The position numbers and the translations under genes were made by a program. The notes beneath the pieces are model-generated. The model saw nothing but the letters and a program-made list of their open reading frames with translations. It did not search any database and was not told the origin of the DNA. Shown here one piece after another: positions 32,952 to 46,852 of a DNA stretch of 64,000 nt; within the stretch, counting starts at the first letter, position 1, and each line of letters begins with the position of its first letter. Source of the stretch: Azolla caroliniana (Eukaryota; Plantae; Polypodiophyta); contig JBHGNT010000015.1 of the NCBI GenBank assembly GCA_043228905.1, positions 19,220,001-19,284,000 on the forward strand. Direction: 5' to 3'.

Positions 32952-35900
32952 TTAACTATGAAACTTTGCCTCATGGCTACCATGCAATAACATGTTGAGC
33001 TCCACGACAACATCTCTCATTTGAGGTCTCATGTCGGGGTTGTCATCTGTGCATCTTTCCGCCAGTTGAACGACCTATTTATCATAGGATTATCTTAGAA
33101 GGAAAAATGAGAGACGAAAGCAAAATTCACGGAAATTTTGAAAACTGCATTGTTCCTCAAAGATGCCAAACATATTTAAATGCTACTCACTAATCCCCGA
33201 GGATGTTTCAAAAACATGATGTTAGCCAAATACCTTCCAGACAGCTTCCACAGGATAGTCAGTGTCCAGAGCTGGGTCTACTAAAGATTTAAACTTCTCA
33301 GCTGCATTGGCTTCTTGTAGGACTTCCTTAAACTGCACACACATAAATACATATAACTTTGTATTTAACCTAGTGCTTTGATGAATCATTCTTTTTGGTT
33401 TCTATGATAAGTCTGTTACCAGAAGAACAAGTTGTATTTTTTCATCAGTGTCTTCATCAGGATGATCAGTAATTGCTTCCTTTCCTGACACCATTTGAAA
33501 CAGAATAACTCCAAATGCATAAACATCTTGTTTTATTGAGAACTTCCCAAACTGAGCAAACCTACAAGAAACATCGGTGTACAAAATAATTAGTCTTCTG
33601 GGGAATATACATATATATTTCCTGCATATGCCGAGAAGATACCTCTTTAAACACTTTAGTGACACCAGTGTTTCCTTGTAAGATTGAAGTAATGGGTTGG
33701 TAGCATCATTGAGTCAACTTGCCAAAATTTAAAAAAATGTGCAGATACATCTTGTTTATAAACGTTCTTCTACGCGTCACGATATAAAACCCTACCATGC
33801 ATGCTCCTTGATTTTTTGAGACTAGATTACTTCTCATTCAGATAGTGGATAAAAATCCACATGAATCCTTGACATGTGGGAAACCCCGTTACATTGAATA
33901 CCTAGAACTGCATTGGAAGAATAGAAAAATGAGAAGGCACATTTGTTCAATAATATACATTGGTATGTCACAACAGGAGGGAGAAAATACAGAGATCACT
34001 CGTTTTTACATGAGGAGAAAGTTTCTCTTTATAAAGGCCCAGATCTGGCCGTTGGGCTAACGAGCTGTTGGAGCTAACTAGCCATTGGGCTAGCCGTTAC
34101 AACTTTTAATCATTCTCAACATTCCCCCTCAAGATGGGTGAAAAAAGAAATCCACTAAGCCCATCTTGTCACACAATCTAGTAAGACCTACTGGCCCAAG
34201 TCCCTTTGTAAGACAATTTTCTAGTTGATGTTCAATAGAAACATGACTCAATTTTAATATTCCATTATCAAGCTTCTCCTTGATAAAGAATCTGTCGATT
34301 TCGATGTGCTTGGTCCTATCATGCTGTACCGGATTGTTGGCAATACTGATTACTGACTTATTGTCACACCGCAGCATCATCTGATTTTCTTGATTCACCT
34401 TTAGTTCTACTAGGAGAGTTCTCAGCCATAACATCTCCGCAAATCCTACAGCAATAGCTCTATACTCTGCTTCGGCTGTTGACCTTGCTACTATTGACTG
34501 TTTCTTACTTTTCCATGAGACCAGATTGCCCCCAACAAACATGCAGTATCCTGATGTGATTTCCTATAATCAGCACAACTGGCCCAATCAGAATCACAAT
34601 AGCCCTCAATGTTAAAATGACCATGTTTTCTAAAGATCAATCCCTTCCCTAGGGCACCTTTGAGATTGTTGAACAACAAATTGTTAATCCACAAGAAGGA
34701 ATACGCTGAAATACGCAACTCGGAAATACAGAAAACAGTGTACACAGATTTAACGTGGAAACCCTGAAACGGGAGAAAAATCACGGACAACAAAACTTCA
34801 CTATACAATGGATATACAATGGATATACAATGGAGAGGATTACAACGCTCTCTGTATGGAGTGTATCAGCCTCACAGGGCTCTTGGCGTCTGCTGTTACG
34901 AACACAGCTATGGCGCCGCTCTCTCTCTCTCACTTCTCTATTCTTTGTACATACACTATTCTATTCTGCTCCTCATCGCTCCTCATGCACCTACTACACA
35001 TGCCCTAAATGTATTTATACTCATACATCATATGGGCTATTTGCAAATGTAGCCCCTACTACACATCACTATTATTATTATCTATAGTTATAGTAATAAT
35101 AATCGACAGTTAATAAACCAACTATCTACTGTCGACTCTCGGCACTCAACCCGAATAATCGGCTCCTCCTTGTCTTCGACTATCGGCTCTTCTAGGCCCG
35201 AACAGTCGGCTCTTCTATTCCCAATAGAGATATCTCAGAATATGGTAAACAAAATCCATATGATCTTTCCTTGGATCATGCATGTAGCGACTTACCACAC
35301 TTACTACAAATGAAATATCTGGACCGGTGTGAGTCAAATAAATCAGCCCACCTACCAATCTTTGATACCTTTCACGATTAACTTTCTCTCCTACAACTTC
35401 AATTAGCTTGATCTTTTGGTTGATTGGAGAAGCTACGGGCCTACAACCCTACATTCCAGTTTCTGTGAGAAGATCTAATACATATTTTCGCTGAGATAGA
35501 ACAATTCCTTCTGCTCCACGAGCTAGCTCAATTCCAAGAAAGTATCGTAGCAATCCTAAATCATTCACCTCAAACTCTTTACACAATTGCACCTTCAGTT
35601 GGGCAATTTCTCCTTCATCATTACCCGTGATAATTATATCATTCACATACACAACAAGTAATGTAGTATGCTCCTTGTGTTGTCGGAAAAACACTGTATG
35701 GTCTGCATTCGTCTGTTGGTATCCCATACCCATCATAGCCCTTCTAAACCTCTCGAACCAGGCTCGAGGAGATTGCTTTAGTCCATAAAGCGACTTCCTA
35801 AGTCTGCAAACCTTACCTACTATTTGAATTGTATCAAAACCTGGGGGGATATCCATGTACACTTCCTCCATCAACTCTCCATGAAGGAATGCATTTTTTA

Positions 35901-38900
35901 CATCTAATTGATGTAATTTCCAATCCGTATTCACTGCTAAGGAAATAAGCATTCTAACAATGCTCATCTTCGCTACAGGTGCAAAAGTCTCATCATAATC
36001 AACACCATATGTCTGACTATATCCCGTAGCCACCAATTATAAACACCCATTTGCACCCAACCGACTTCTTTCCTGGTGGTAGTGACACAATCTTCCAAGT
36101 TTTGTTCTTCTGAAGAGCTATGAGTTCTTCTTGCATGGCTGCTTTCCACTTTGGATCTTCTTTAGCAACTTGCCAACACTTGGGTAAAGTGACAGAGTCT
36201 AATGATGCAATGAATGCTCTATGTGTAGCTGATATGTTAGAATAAGAGATAAACTGAGCAATATCATGAGGAAAACCATAACGATCAGGAGGGACTCCTA
36301 CATTACTGCGGGAGGTCCTCCTAACCTCTATAGGAGAAGGAGAGGAAATCATGTCACCTGTGATTTCTGGGTTTGGGAGTTCTATAGGTATTTCAGAAGT
36401 CGAGGCAAGTCGGGACATGGAACTTGATGGCACAAGTGGCACTGAAAACGTGTTCATATTTCCTTCTTTCTGCCTCCTCTTCCGTGTATACACCTTTAGC
36501 TCCCCCTCCGCTTGAGTCTCAACACATATAGGTTCCTCGTCTTCTTTTCCTTCGTCTTCCTTATCTCCTACGCTCACTTGTTTCTCAGCTGATGTAGGGA
36601 TCAGCAAAGGACTTGATCCCATTTTTAGCAACCTCTCACCATTATCTCCTTCCCTTATATTTTCAGTCTCAATTAAGTCATCAAAGGGTGAAGTTACCTC
36701 TTGTTTATAATATGGCTCCGACTCTTTGAAATGCACATCCATGCTCACAAATAATCTCTTCTCTACTGGACTCCAACAAACATAGCCTTTTTGTGTAGCA
36801 GAGTATCCCACAAATACATATTTCGCAGCTCTAGGGTCAAGTTTTCCTACAGATGGTCTACTGTCCTTTACAAAACACACATATCCAAACACTTTCAAAG
36901 GAAGGATTCCAGAGTTATTCCGTTGCAACAACTCACATGGAGACTTCCACTCCAATACTCTAGAGGGCATTCAATTGATCAATGCAGCAACCATCAAAAC
37001 TGCCTGTCCCCACAGCTGCTGTGGAACATTCATAGAAATCATCATGCTTCTTGTTACCTCTAGAAGATGTCTATTCTTCCTCTTTGCTACTCCATTTTAT
37101 GTTGGTGTATATGGGCATGTAGTTTGATGTTGTATTCCTTGATCTGAGAGGTATGCCCTAAATGTAATGTTAGCGTACTTTGTTCCATTATCAGACCTCA
37201 ACACTTTTACTACTGCACCGTATTGAGTTTGAACTGCTCTATGAAAATCTTTAAAACAAGCAAATACTTCATTCTTTTTCCTCATTAAATATAACCAAGT
37301 CACACGAGAGAAGCAGTCAATGAAAGAGACAATATCAATATCCATTAATAGAACTTGTGGAACGATTCCCAAACATCGGGGTGTATTACATCAAATGCAT
37401 GGGAACTCCTATGACCTGAACTAGCATATGAGCTTTTAGTAAGCTTACCAAATTCACATGCATCACAAACAAGTTTTGTTTTATCAGCCTTTTCAAAAAG
37501 GTGTGGATACACCTGACTCAAAACGCCATAAGAGGTATGTCCCGTACGTTGGTGGTAAAGTATCAACAAGTTCTCATAACTCGTTTTAGATCCCCTTACA
37601 TCTGTTCCTTCTAGCATAGATGCTAATGCTGAATCCAGACCTTCACGATCCAAATACCATAGTCCACTATGCCATGTGCCAGTCCCAAGTCTCCAGCCTG
37701 TCCCTTTCTCCTGGAATATCACCTTGGGAATATCAAAAGAAACAACACATTTTAGTTGGTGTATGATAGAATTTATTGATAATATGTTTACTTGGAAAGA
37801 TGGAGCATGCAACACATTAGACAATGTCACAGAGTCCGTACATTTCAATGTACCTATACCAACTACAAGTTGTGTTGTACCATCAACAATTTGAATGCCC
37901 TCTGGCATTGCTAAGTGGGTATAAGAGGAGAATTCACTAGCATTACTCGTCACATGCCTAGATGCACCAGAATCAATTATTCATTCTAGTGTAGAGGCAA
38001 GCGTATTTGTGTTGCTAGTGCTTGTAGCCGAATAAGCATAGGTGGCAACGTTACCTCTTGACATGAATGAAGTATCATCTACGGCTCTTTGCTTCCTCCT
38101 AAGTATTTCTAAGAGAGCTTCATCCTCTTCAGTGAACACCACCTTAGTTCCTTCCTCTTCCTCTGCTACCATCAGGTTTGCTTGGTGACCTCCTCTTCTA
38201 CCTCTTCGGCCCCCTCTACCACGATCTCGAGTTTGTTCATGTCCTCCATATTCTCTCTCCTTAGATGGTTTAGGGCAAGCATTCTTTAAATGACCAGCTT
38301 CACCACAATTGTAGCATTTTCGATTTTCACTTCCGCATGAATTTGACACCATCAATGCCTAATTGTACCCTTGGTAGTCTGGTGGTGTCAGAGAGCAGCT
38401 TCATTCTACTCTCCTCCTGTATCATAGTTGCAATTGCCTCAAGTGTGGGAATTTCAGCCTCGGCTAGAAGAACTGGCCTTCTTTGATCAAACGATGGGTT
38501 GAAATGTTTCAAAAATTGCATATTTCTTCTTTGAGCAGGAATTTCCTTGCTCTTACATTGAGGATCATTGCACACTGTCAGAGGCGAGAAATGATCATAT
38601 TCTGCCCATAGACGCTCCAGCTCTATGGCATATTCCTGAATCATTCTATCTCCCTACCAGACAGCATCTATCTCCTGCTCGATTTGAAATACTCTCATGT
38701 TATTTCCCCTCCCATCATACGTCTTTTGCAATTTCTCCCAAATCTCCTTCACACTTAAAATTCCATCAACGGTTGTGGCGATTGATGGAACCATGGAGTT
38801 GAGAAGCCATGTATACAAAGGCATGTGGGTAGCTCTCCATGCTTTCCATTCACTACTCGTTTTAACAGGAGGTTCTTTCTCTTCTCCTGTTAGGTAGCTG

Positions 38901-41900
38901 TCAAGGCTTCTCCCTGCCAAGGCACCCGTAATCCGGCGTGACCAGCTCAAGTACGTGGCTGGTCCATCGAGATTGAACTCAACTGGGAGGAGTTCAAGTC
39001 AAGGTGGTGGTTGTGTTCCTATCACACCTCCATATGCTACAATCTCAGCCTGCTTTATGTATTTCACCAATGTTTTCACCTCATCCTCGTTCAATTTTGA
39101 GAACACCTCATCCATCTTCTCAACTTAGCCTATCTCTGCTCTCCTCTTCAGACTTCTTTTCTCAAGTCACCTCTCAATCACATAGCAATGACATCCCAAA
39201 AGGAAAAGCCCCCTTTCTTCTCTTGGATGCTAGGACAGTGCTGTTCCAATTGCTGTCATACAAGCTGAGGGGTGGAGCTAGGGTTTTGCAGAGGGGTGGA
39301 TCTATGTTCTGATACCAAATAGAAAAATGAGAAGGCACATTTGTTCAATATATACATTGGTATGTCACAATAGGAGGGAGAAAATACAGAGATCACTCAT
39401 TTTTACATGAGGAAAAAGTTCCTCTTTATAAAGGCCAAGATCTGGCCGTTGGGCTAACTAGCTGTTGGAGCCAACTAGCCGTTGGGCTAGCCGTTATAGC
39501 TTTTAATCATTCTCAACAGGAAATGAAAACAATAGCTCAAAATGTCTAAAGAAAAGAATGAGGCTTGGTTCACAATGCCAGTGTACCTTGCCTAGAAGAA
39601 ATTCAGGAGGCTCGTGCTTTAATATGTGACACCACATACTCCCACCAAACTACGAAACCATCCGCTTCCAAACTGAAAAAATCCGGGTGATTGCTTGACG
39701 GATATCTTCTTGTATGATCTGTGTCATTTCTTCCACTTAAGTTTGGCTCTCACTTAGGTTTCGTTTGGTACTTTTGAGGTCCATTATGCCCCAATAAACG
39801 TTTGTGAGTCTTGAGTGCCATTCTTCAACCAGATCAGAGTTTGTTTTGCCGCAAAACATTCAACTACATGAATTTCTTTCACTAACACAATGTTGACTCA
39901 ATTACAACCCTTATCTGCAAAAATCTTGAGCATCGAGTCTCATATGTCACATTTTACCTCTGAGTGCTCATTTTTCAATCACATTAGAACTTGCTTTCCC
40001 ATATTATTCAGCCATGATCTATATCCCTAAACACCTTTCTTTACCTGACATGATGCAGGCTCTCAATTGCAACACTTATCGGTAACATTCTCGACCATTA
40101 AGTCCCGCATGTGATTTTTTACCTCTGAGGGTGATATGATAATCTATGTGACTACCGAGATAATAACAAAAGAGTGGACTCAAAATGCTTCCAAACGATC
40201 ACCATAGGTAAACCTCAAAGAACAGAGTACTCTCACAGAACTCAGCACCCTTGTAACATATGAAGATGTACTCTCACTAGGAGGGGGAGTACTTGGTAAA
40301 AATTTTGTCGGATAAGTGAACTCGAATTCAACCAATAGTGCTACAACTGTTGTCTCAAATCTTCTTTTCAGAAACCCTTGTAAGCTTGCACAAAGGCTCT
40401 AACACCTGGTAAGAAAATAGGAAAATAATAGAGAATGGAGGCTTAAGAAAATGATATCATCATAGGAAGGAGATTTTGCCACATTACATTCAGTAGTTCC
40501 TTGAGAATAGGCTCCATGTGTCTAATAACAAAGCACCAAGATTTATTTCTATTCACACTAATTGACACCAGAAGATTCCTACTTTTTGTATGATAAGGTG
40601 GTATTGTTCATGAAAAACAAATCCACTTTATTTTCTATCTGTTGGACTGAAGTGCTATTGATTCAACAAATATCTGCACCCAACTTACATTGCTGAACTC
40701 AACTTTAAATCATATTTTTAATGAACTAAAACTAGGCTACCCAAGATACGATCACATAAACAGTCCACATACCATATGCTAGCTTGGTAAAATGAAGTAC
40801 CAGAACATTATGACAAATAATAGCAAGGCCTTGGACATCAGAAAATGGTGTTGAGTTAAGAGTGTCTATTCATAAGCCCTCAAACATGGTTCCTGAATGG
40901 AATGTGAATCTAAAATTGGTCTACTCATAATTAAGAGATGTTTCTATTGAAACTGAGACAAGACAACAGAAAATAGAATCACTCACTCAGGGGGCAAATA
41001 TCCACGTGTTCCCGTAAACCCCGTTGTTTTGGCTGTGCCATTACCATCTGGATGCATAAGGCTCGTGAGACCAAAGTCTCCAACCTGTACTCGAACGTAG
41101 GAGGAATATCAGTGAATGTGCAATTGTTCATTAGTCATTTCTAGCATTTGTTGCGCAATATTTTGAAGGATGCATGACAAATCCACTTTGTGGCATGAGT
41201 ATTTGCAGAAGCTTTGTTAGGAAAGTCAATCAACCTTGGCATGATAATTCTTGTCGAGAAGAATATTGCTTGGCTTTAAATCACGATGAATGTACGTTCT
41301 ACATGTATGATCATGCATGTATTCAACACCCCTTGCAGTATCAAGTGCTATTCGGACACGTCTGTCCCATGGCATTGGATCAGTTCCTAAAAGCCAATCG
41401 AGAAAACATTACATCAAAGAAAAACCCATCATAAAACTAATCCAAAAGCATTCAATGTATTCACAGTCATTCTTACTAGATCGTAGATGATCAGCTAATG
41501 TTCCATTCTCTATGTACTCGTATACAAGAAATAGAAAATTCAGCTCCATACAATATCCAACTAGACCAACCTATTACAAGAAAAAGTGACAAAATAGATT
41601 TAAGTTTATGTACGTTTTTTCCAATTTTGAAAGAAGAAGATGAAGTAATTCACCAAGTTTGCATGGTGTACAGTTGAAAGAATCCGGAGCTCATTCATAA
41701 ACTCTTTTTCGTTTGTCCTAGCCATTTTTTTTATGGCTAATTTCTGCAAAGAAGTCCCATTTAGAATAGTACCTTGGTCCTTCATTCACACAAATTCAAA
41801 ATATCCCGACTAAGAGGAATGAATTAAGTACTTTAACATGCTAGTTAAACATTCTAATGTTTGGCATCATACAGGGATGTTAGTATGTAACTGCTAAATG

Positions 41901-44900
41901 CTCATAAGCCAACACAAAGAGAAACATTTGATGCTGAATTTAAGAACCTTTTAATTTGCATTGAATTTAACTATTCTTTAAGAGACAATCATCTTGTACT
42001 CAACTTAACATAAATGCTTTTATTCATTTTTGATAAAAAATTAAGAATCTCTTTCTCTGGAAAATAAAGTTGCTCCAAGTTGCTCCAAGTTGCTCCACTT
42101 TATTATGTAGATGATGCATATTTTAAACTTGCTTCACTTCAGTGTAGAAAAGATGGATTGTTGGAGAAATAGAGTTTACAAAAAACTGAACTAATTTTGA
42201 AACTTTAATGACTAACATAGTTAACTATGCATTTATCTTGGCCACACCAAAAGTCATTGAGAACAATGTGTGAGTAAAGAAACATGATCATCATTAATTA
42301 GGTTTCATTTTGATTTTTTCATGACCTGGGAGTACGAGATCCATATGGAAGAGGAGTACCTATAGTGATCAATAAATAACTTCACATTGCAATGTCAAAC
42401 TATAGTACATTCACAGCATATCATATAAATCTGCTTCAAAATCCCCTTTGGATCTATGTTGCTAGAAATCCTGTGCATTTGTCTACAAACTGCATAAAAT
42501 TCTTTGCATATAGCACAGTTGAATAACTATGTTAATAAATGCTGTGCATATACATGATGTGTATCTCCCTAGTCATCATGATTCTACCCTGAATTCCATT
42601 GATTGGATCCTAGTATTTCTGCTGCTGCTTTGTTTCTGCTGGATCAGCCATAAGCCTCACTTCCATCGATCCTTGCGTCAGTCAAAGAATTGCCATGGGA
42701 AGCCAATTGAAGTTATCGTTAACAACCAGAGGCCGAAGGTAAGACTCAAGGTACTCTTTTGTTAAGTTTGGCTTTCATGGAAGCTTTAACAGTTTAGGGA
42801 TTGTTTGCAGCTCAAGTACTACCATTTGCAAATTTGTTCGTTTGATTTGTTTCTATCACAAAAAAACATTAACAGTTGGGATCCCTACTCACCACTGACC
42901 ATCCCCAGCTACCCAAACGTCCATGGAATCAGTACTAAATGGTTTCTTTTTCCAGAAGGGGAGGGTTCACAAGAATTGTTGCTTCACCTATTCAATGACT
43001 ATACCTATTTATCTGAGTCTCTTAGAATAATTATCTCAAAATATTTCTTGTGCACGATAGCATATTGTGACATATGGCTTTGGTTTCATTAATGTGGGGG
43101 AAATAATATTATAAGGGGACCCTTGATAGTGCACATGGGTTCCTGATATACAATGGTTTCTCACAACAGTCAAGATTAAATGCTTTGACATGTTGGAGCC
43201 TCACAATAGTCCTGATAAACTCGATGTGGTCTTTGTCCCATCTAACTGAGACAATAAGGTGAAGGATGGATGCCAATATGCTAGGAATGGGACTGGAAAT
43301 GATAGATACGAGTTTACTTGAGAGACAACTGGTGTGTATAGTTGTTGAATATACAATTGCATCCTTACACATCCCTGACGGATATTGCACAAGGGTTATC
43401 AATTCATTGCTTTATGCAGCCACAAATGCCTCAATGCCTTTTCCCACACCATGGTTGGCAATGCACCCATATATGGTAGAGCCACAAAAAATTGTTGGTA
43501 TGATGAGTATCGTGATACTAGGAGAAATTGCAATGAGTGACCTGGTGATTCGTACTCATAAACAAGCAAGAGCAACCCTCAAACGTCTTGGCAGGAGAAG
43601 TGATCATATTTGGCTAAATTTGAAGCAGAAGTCTACCAGTTGTTCCTAGGAAAAGAATGTAAAAGAGCATGGGGATTTTTTAATGAGAGCCAATCTAGCA
43701 CAGAATTGACCTCACCTCAGGCTTGCTATGATATGCAAAGCCACTCTACGGTGAGAAATGCCATTGATAAGTTACAGTTTGGAAGGGCCCAAGATTGTGA
43801 TGGATTGGTTGCTGAGCTATGCCATTGACAGCACATATCTTTAATAGAGCCATGTGTGAAGGCTTCCTACTAGCTGGACAGAACATATTATTGTAATGAT
43901 CTGCAAGACAGGAGATCCCAAGATACCTAGCAATTATATGTATCATGATTGACCATTGCTTGGTTTGATCCTAGAGTCAGAACTAACGAAGGTGATGGTG
44001 TTAAACAGCAGTTAAGCATGAGAAATGAGATAGAAACCAGAAATTTTGTTAGGAGGGGAAACAGAGGCATACACAATCCTGCACATATCTTGGAGTAAAA
44101 TTCACATGGCCTCAGTTCTCCCTACATCAGGTTTCTTGCGCTTGACTTTCTCATGGTTAAGCAGCCCTTGGTGTTCTTGAAAGACAATATGCACACACAC
44201 ACAATTTCAAGAACCATAAACAAAATTGTGGTTGTTTGATACACTTGTAACAACTCTTCTGTATAGAGTAGAGATTTAGTACCCAACGTTTATAGGGCAC
44301 ATAATTGGAGAAACCTTTAGTCTCAAGGAGCAAAGCATCAGTACTCCATGATATATTCCAGACAGAGACTGAGCTCCCATCTCCATGATATATTGTAAGC
44401 CATTATTCTGATCAGTGACTTGTATAGAATAGAATACATATTCTATCGTCCATGCGGAGGCCAATTTTGACCTATGGGACCAAATCAAAATATCATCTTG
44501 TATGTGACACCTTCCTAAACAGGGGGATTACTACTCTGTAGTGAAAAATCTCAAAGTTAAAATAATGCATGCACATATGTGCTCACCTGTCTTGGTGGAA
44601 ATTTGTCACATTATCATGCCCATCTAACAAGTCATCATATTTCTCGCCAATTACCTTACACAATGAGCATGTTATTAGTAAGTGATATTCATCCTCCACT
44701 AGGTTTTCATTGCATACCAAAGTACTCAAGACTAGAAGTTATGTCATAAAAAAACCCTCCTGAATATGAAGATAATCATTGTTGGTATGTGGAAATGCAA
44801 GAATGGCTCAGTCACATGGCATAAGTATAAACATATCACTCCCATTCTAGTATAGCTTGGATTGTCCATAACTGAACATGACTAAAGTTGAAAAGAATAG

Positions 44901-45068
44901 GGGGATCTGAGGTGACATCATTAAATTGGATGATAAAAGAAGATTGATCAGCCCTACAAAATCTTTTGCTAGTAAGATGGCCCACTATAAGGCACTTCTT
45001 TCACACACGTGTAATGGACTTATCATGAAGCCTTCTTATATGGATATAAATCTGTTTCACACACTTCA

Positions 45069-45149
<81 letters not shown>

Positions 45150-46852
45150 AAATACATAGTGCAACTTCTAGAAGGCCATGCCAAAAAGGTGCACATTTTT
45201 TAACAACGTACATTTAGTTCCATTTATTTTGGTTTGTTGTTCTCAAAGACAAGAAAACATTTAAGGTGCGGTCTCTTGTTCAGTCTTGTAGGCAATTTAC
45301 ATATAGATAGGATACTTCAGTATATCCACCAACCTGTCCATTCCTTTCACCATAATAAACAGTTGCAAATCCACCCTGTCCTATCTGATTGGCAACACTG
45401 AAGTTATCAGCAAGTGCAGCGAGGTCATTATGGGAAAAACAAATGCAATGCTCATCCATTAAATCTCCAAGTTTTCTCGATGATGAACTAAAAGTATTTT
45501 GGATAGGTTCTGAGAAAATGACACCAAACAAACACATAAATACACATATAAAGATGCAAACATTCTCCTTTGGGAGACATTTGGTTACAAACAAGCATCT
45601 CACCAGATTTTTCGATGTCTATTAGTTTGTTATCTTCATTGTACTGATCATAACCATTTTTACTAGATCGTGCTTTTCGGTGATAAACGAAAATACCAAA
45701 TCCTAGAATAGACAAAATGAAACAAGCTCCTCCTATCACAGCTCTGAGAATAATCTTTCTTTCAGACTTATTTCCTGTTTAGGAATATAGGATGTGTTAA
45801 ACATAAAAGTTGATGTAGAAGAATGCTTATCGGGACCTCTGTTTTCATAAAAAACTGTTATAAAGAAGCTCACCAGCTGAAGAGCCTGCACTGAAAGCCA
45901 AATTCAAAGGTATACACTAAGCCTCCTCTTTACAAAATTTTGTCACAAAAGTATGTTTGGTTTATGTATATTGAGAAGAATAGTTCCTACCTTGATATGT
46001 TATAAGGTGGATATTGGCCGGTGCTATCTGCATCAGAAAATTGTTACAACCAAACTCATCAAATCCGCATGATTAATTAAGAACTCAAGTTCATAGGCAT
46101 CCAGACTTCAGCTCATGTTCAGGAAATTTCCTTCCATACACATATACATATACATATAAAGGAGAAGAAAATGACTTACCATTGGACGGTATGAAGAGAA
46201 TGGAGTGGACCTGGAGAGGGTTGAATGACACAGAGGGGTTATAACTCTGGATCAAATCTGAGGAGATGTTGAACTGAGATGAAATTGAAGAGAGGGTATC
46301 ATCGAGCTGAGCTGAATAAGTACCAAATAGCCCATACTTGTCTGAAACTGAAGGATCTCCGCAAGAACAATTGATAGGGATGGACAAATTTTCATTTTCT
46401 TGCAAATCGAGGAAGTCCTCGTCAGGGTTAGCCGATTGGATCAGAGATGAAGAAGTGAGGTTTCCATAGATGATTTCTGCAATAGTCTCTAATTCATCAG
46501 TTTGCGTTGTCGTGTATGTGAATGTGTGTCCTAAGGTCCCATTCTCGCATTTGCAATTGAATGGGATCCGGATGAGTTCACCTACATGTACACTTGTAAC
46601 ATCGGTGATGTTGTTTAGGGTTTGTATCGAAATCCATGAATCAGAATCGAACCGATTGGCAATGTCGGAGAGAATGTCAGTAGATGCCGCAACATACAAG
46701 GCTATGGCGTTGCAACCCGCTGTACAAGCTGCAAAACACGAAGTAGGAGGGAAGAAGGAGGAGGAAGAAAAACAGAGTACAAAGAAGAAGTGGAATTTGT
46801 TGTTATTGTGATTGAGGAGGAAGTCCATGTACATGTACATAGCCATAGCCAT
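32952..46852 (-). CDS. LysM receptor-like kinase, CERK1/LYK (LysM-I) type, 12 exons, ~623 aa
   Basis: Exons 46852-46180, 46027-45991, 45890-45874, 45774-45604, 45509-45334, 41743-41654, 41570-41477, 41386-41235, 41084-40987, 33561-33420, 33332-33234, 33074-32952 are all GT-AG and in frame (1872 nt). Signal peptide, three LysMs separated by CKC and CSC, YGLFGTY, TM helix, [41 protein letters not shown]. Exact start Met uncertain (several within 46828-46852). Confidence 0.93.
33920..39518 (-). mobile_element. Ty1/copia LTR retrotransposon (short LTRs, Ale-like), degenerate, in LysM-RLK intron 9
   Basis: ~200-bp LTRs 39518-39318 and 34121-33920, PBS tggtatcagaac, PPT gagggggaa, gag ([14 protein letters not shown]), IDSGASRHV, integrase, RT ([11 protein letters not shown]), RNase H (RTKHIEID); imperfect TSD ggaag/ggaaa. 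Confidence 0.92.
34667..35226 (-). mobile_element. Solo LTR nested in the copia RT/RNase H region
   Basis: Splits ILRYL|KGALGKG; termini tgttgaac...cccaata; perfect TSD GAGAT (34662-34666 / 35227-35231); carries the copia-LTR-like gggtttccacgttaaat on the minus strand. Confidence 0.88.
42650..45060 (+). mobile_element. Highly decayed LINE remnant in LysM-RLK intron 5
   Basis: Fragments resemble the 58-62 kb LINE ORF2 ([22 protein letters not shown]; acatatcttggagtaaaattc; SKMAHYK...[10 protein letters not shown]). Boundaries approximate. Confidence 0.5.
45071..45148. repeat. Compound microsatellite (TGTC)n(TC)n(AC)n
   Basis: Directly visible. Confidence 0.95.

Noticed and set aside
39540-40500. 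Coding-like intron segment next to the copia
   Set aside because: No ORF or motif recognised.
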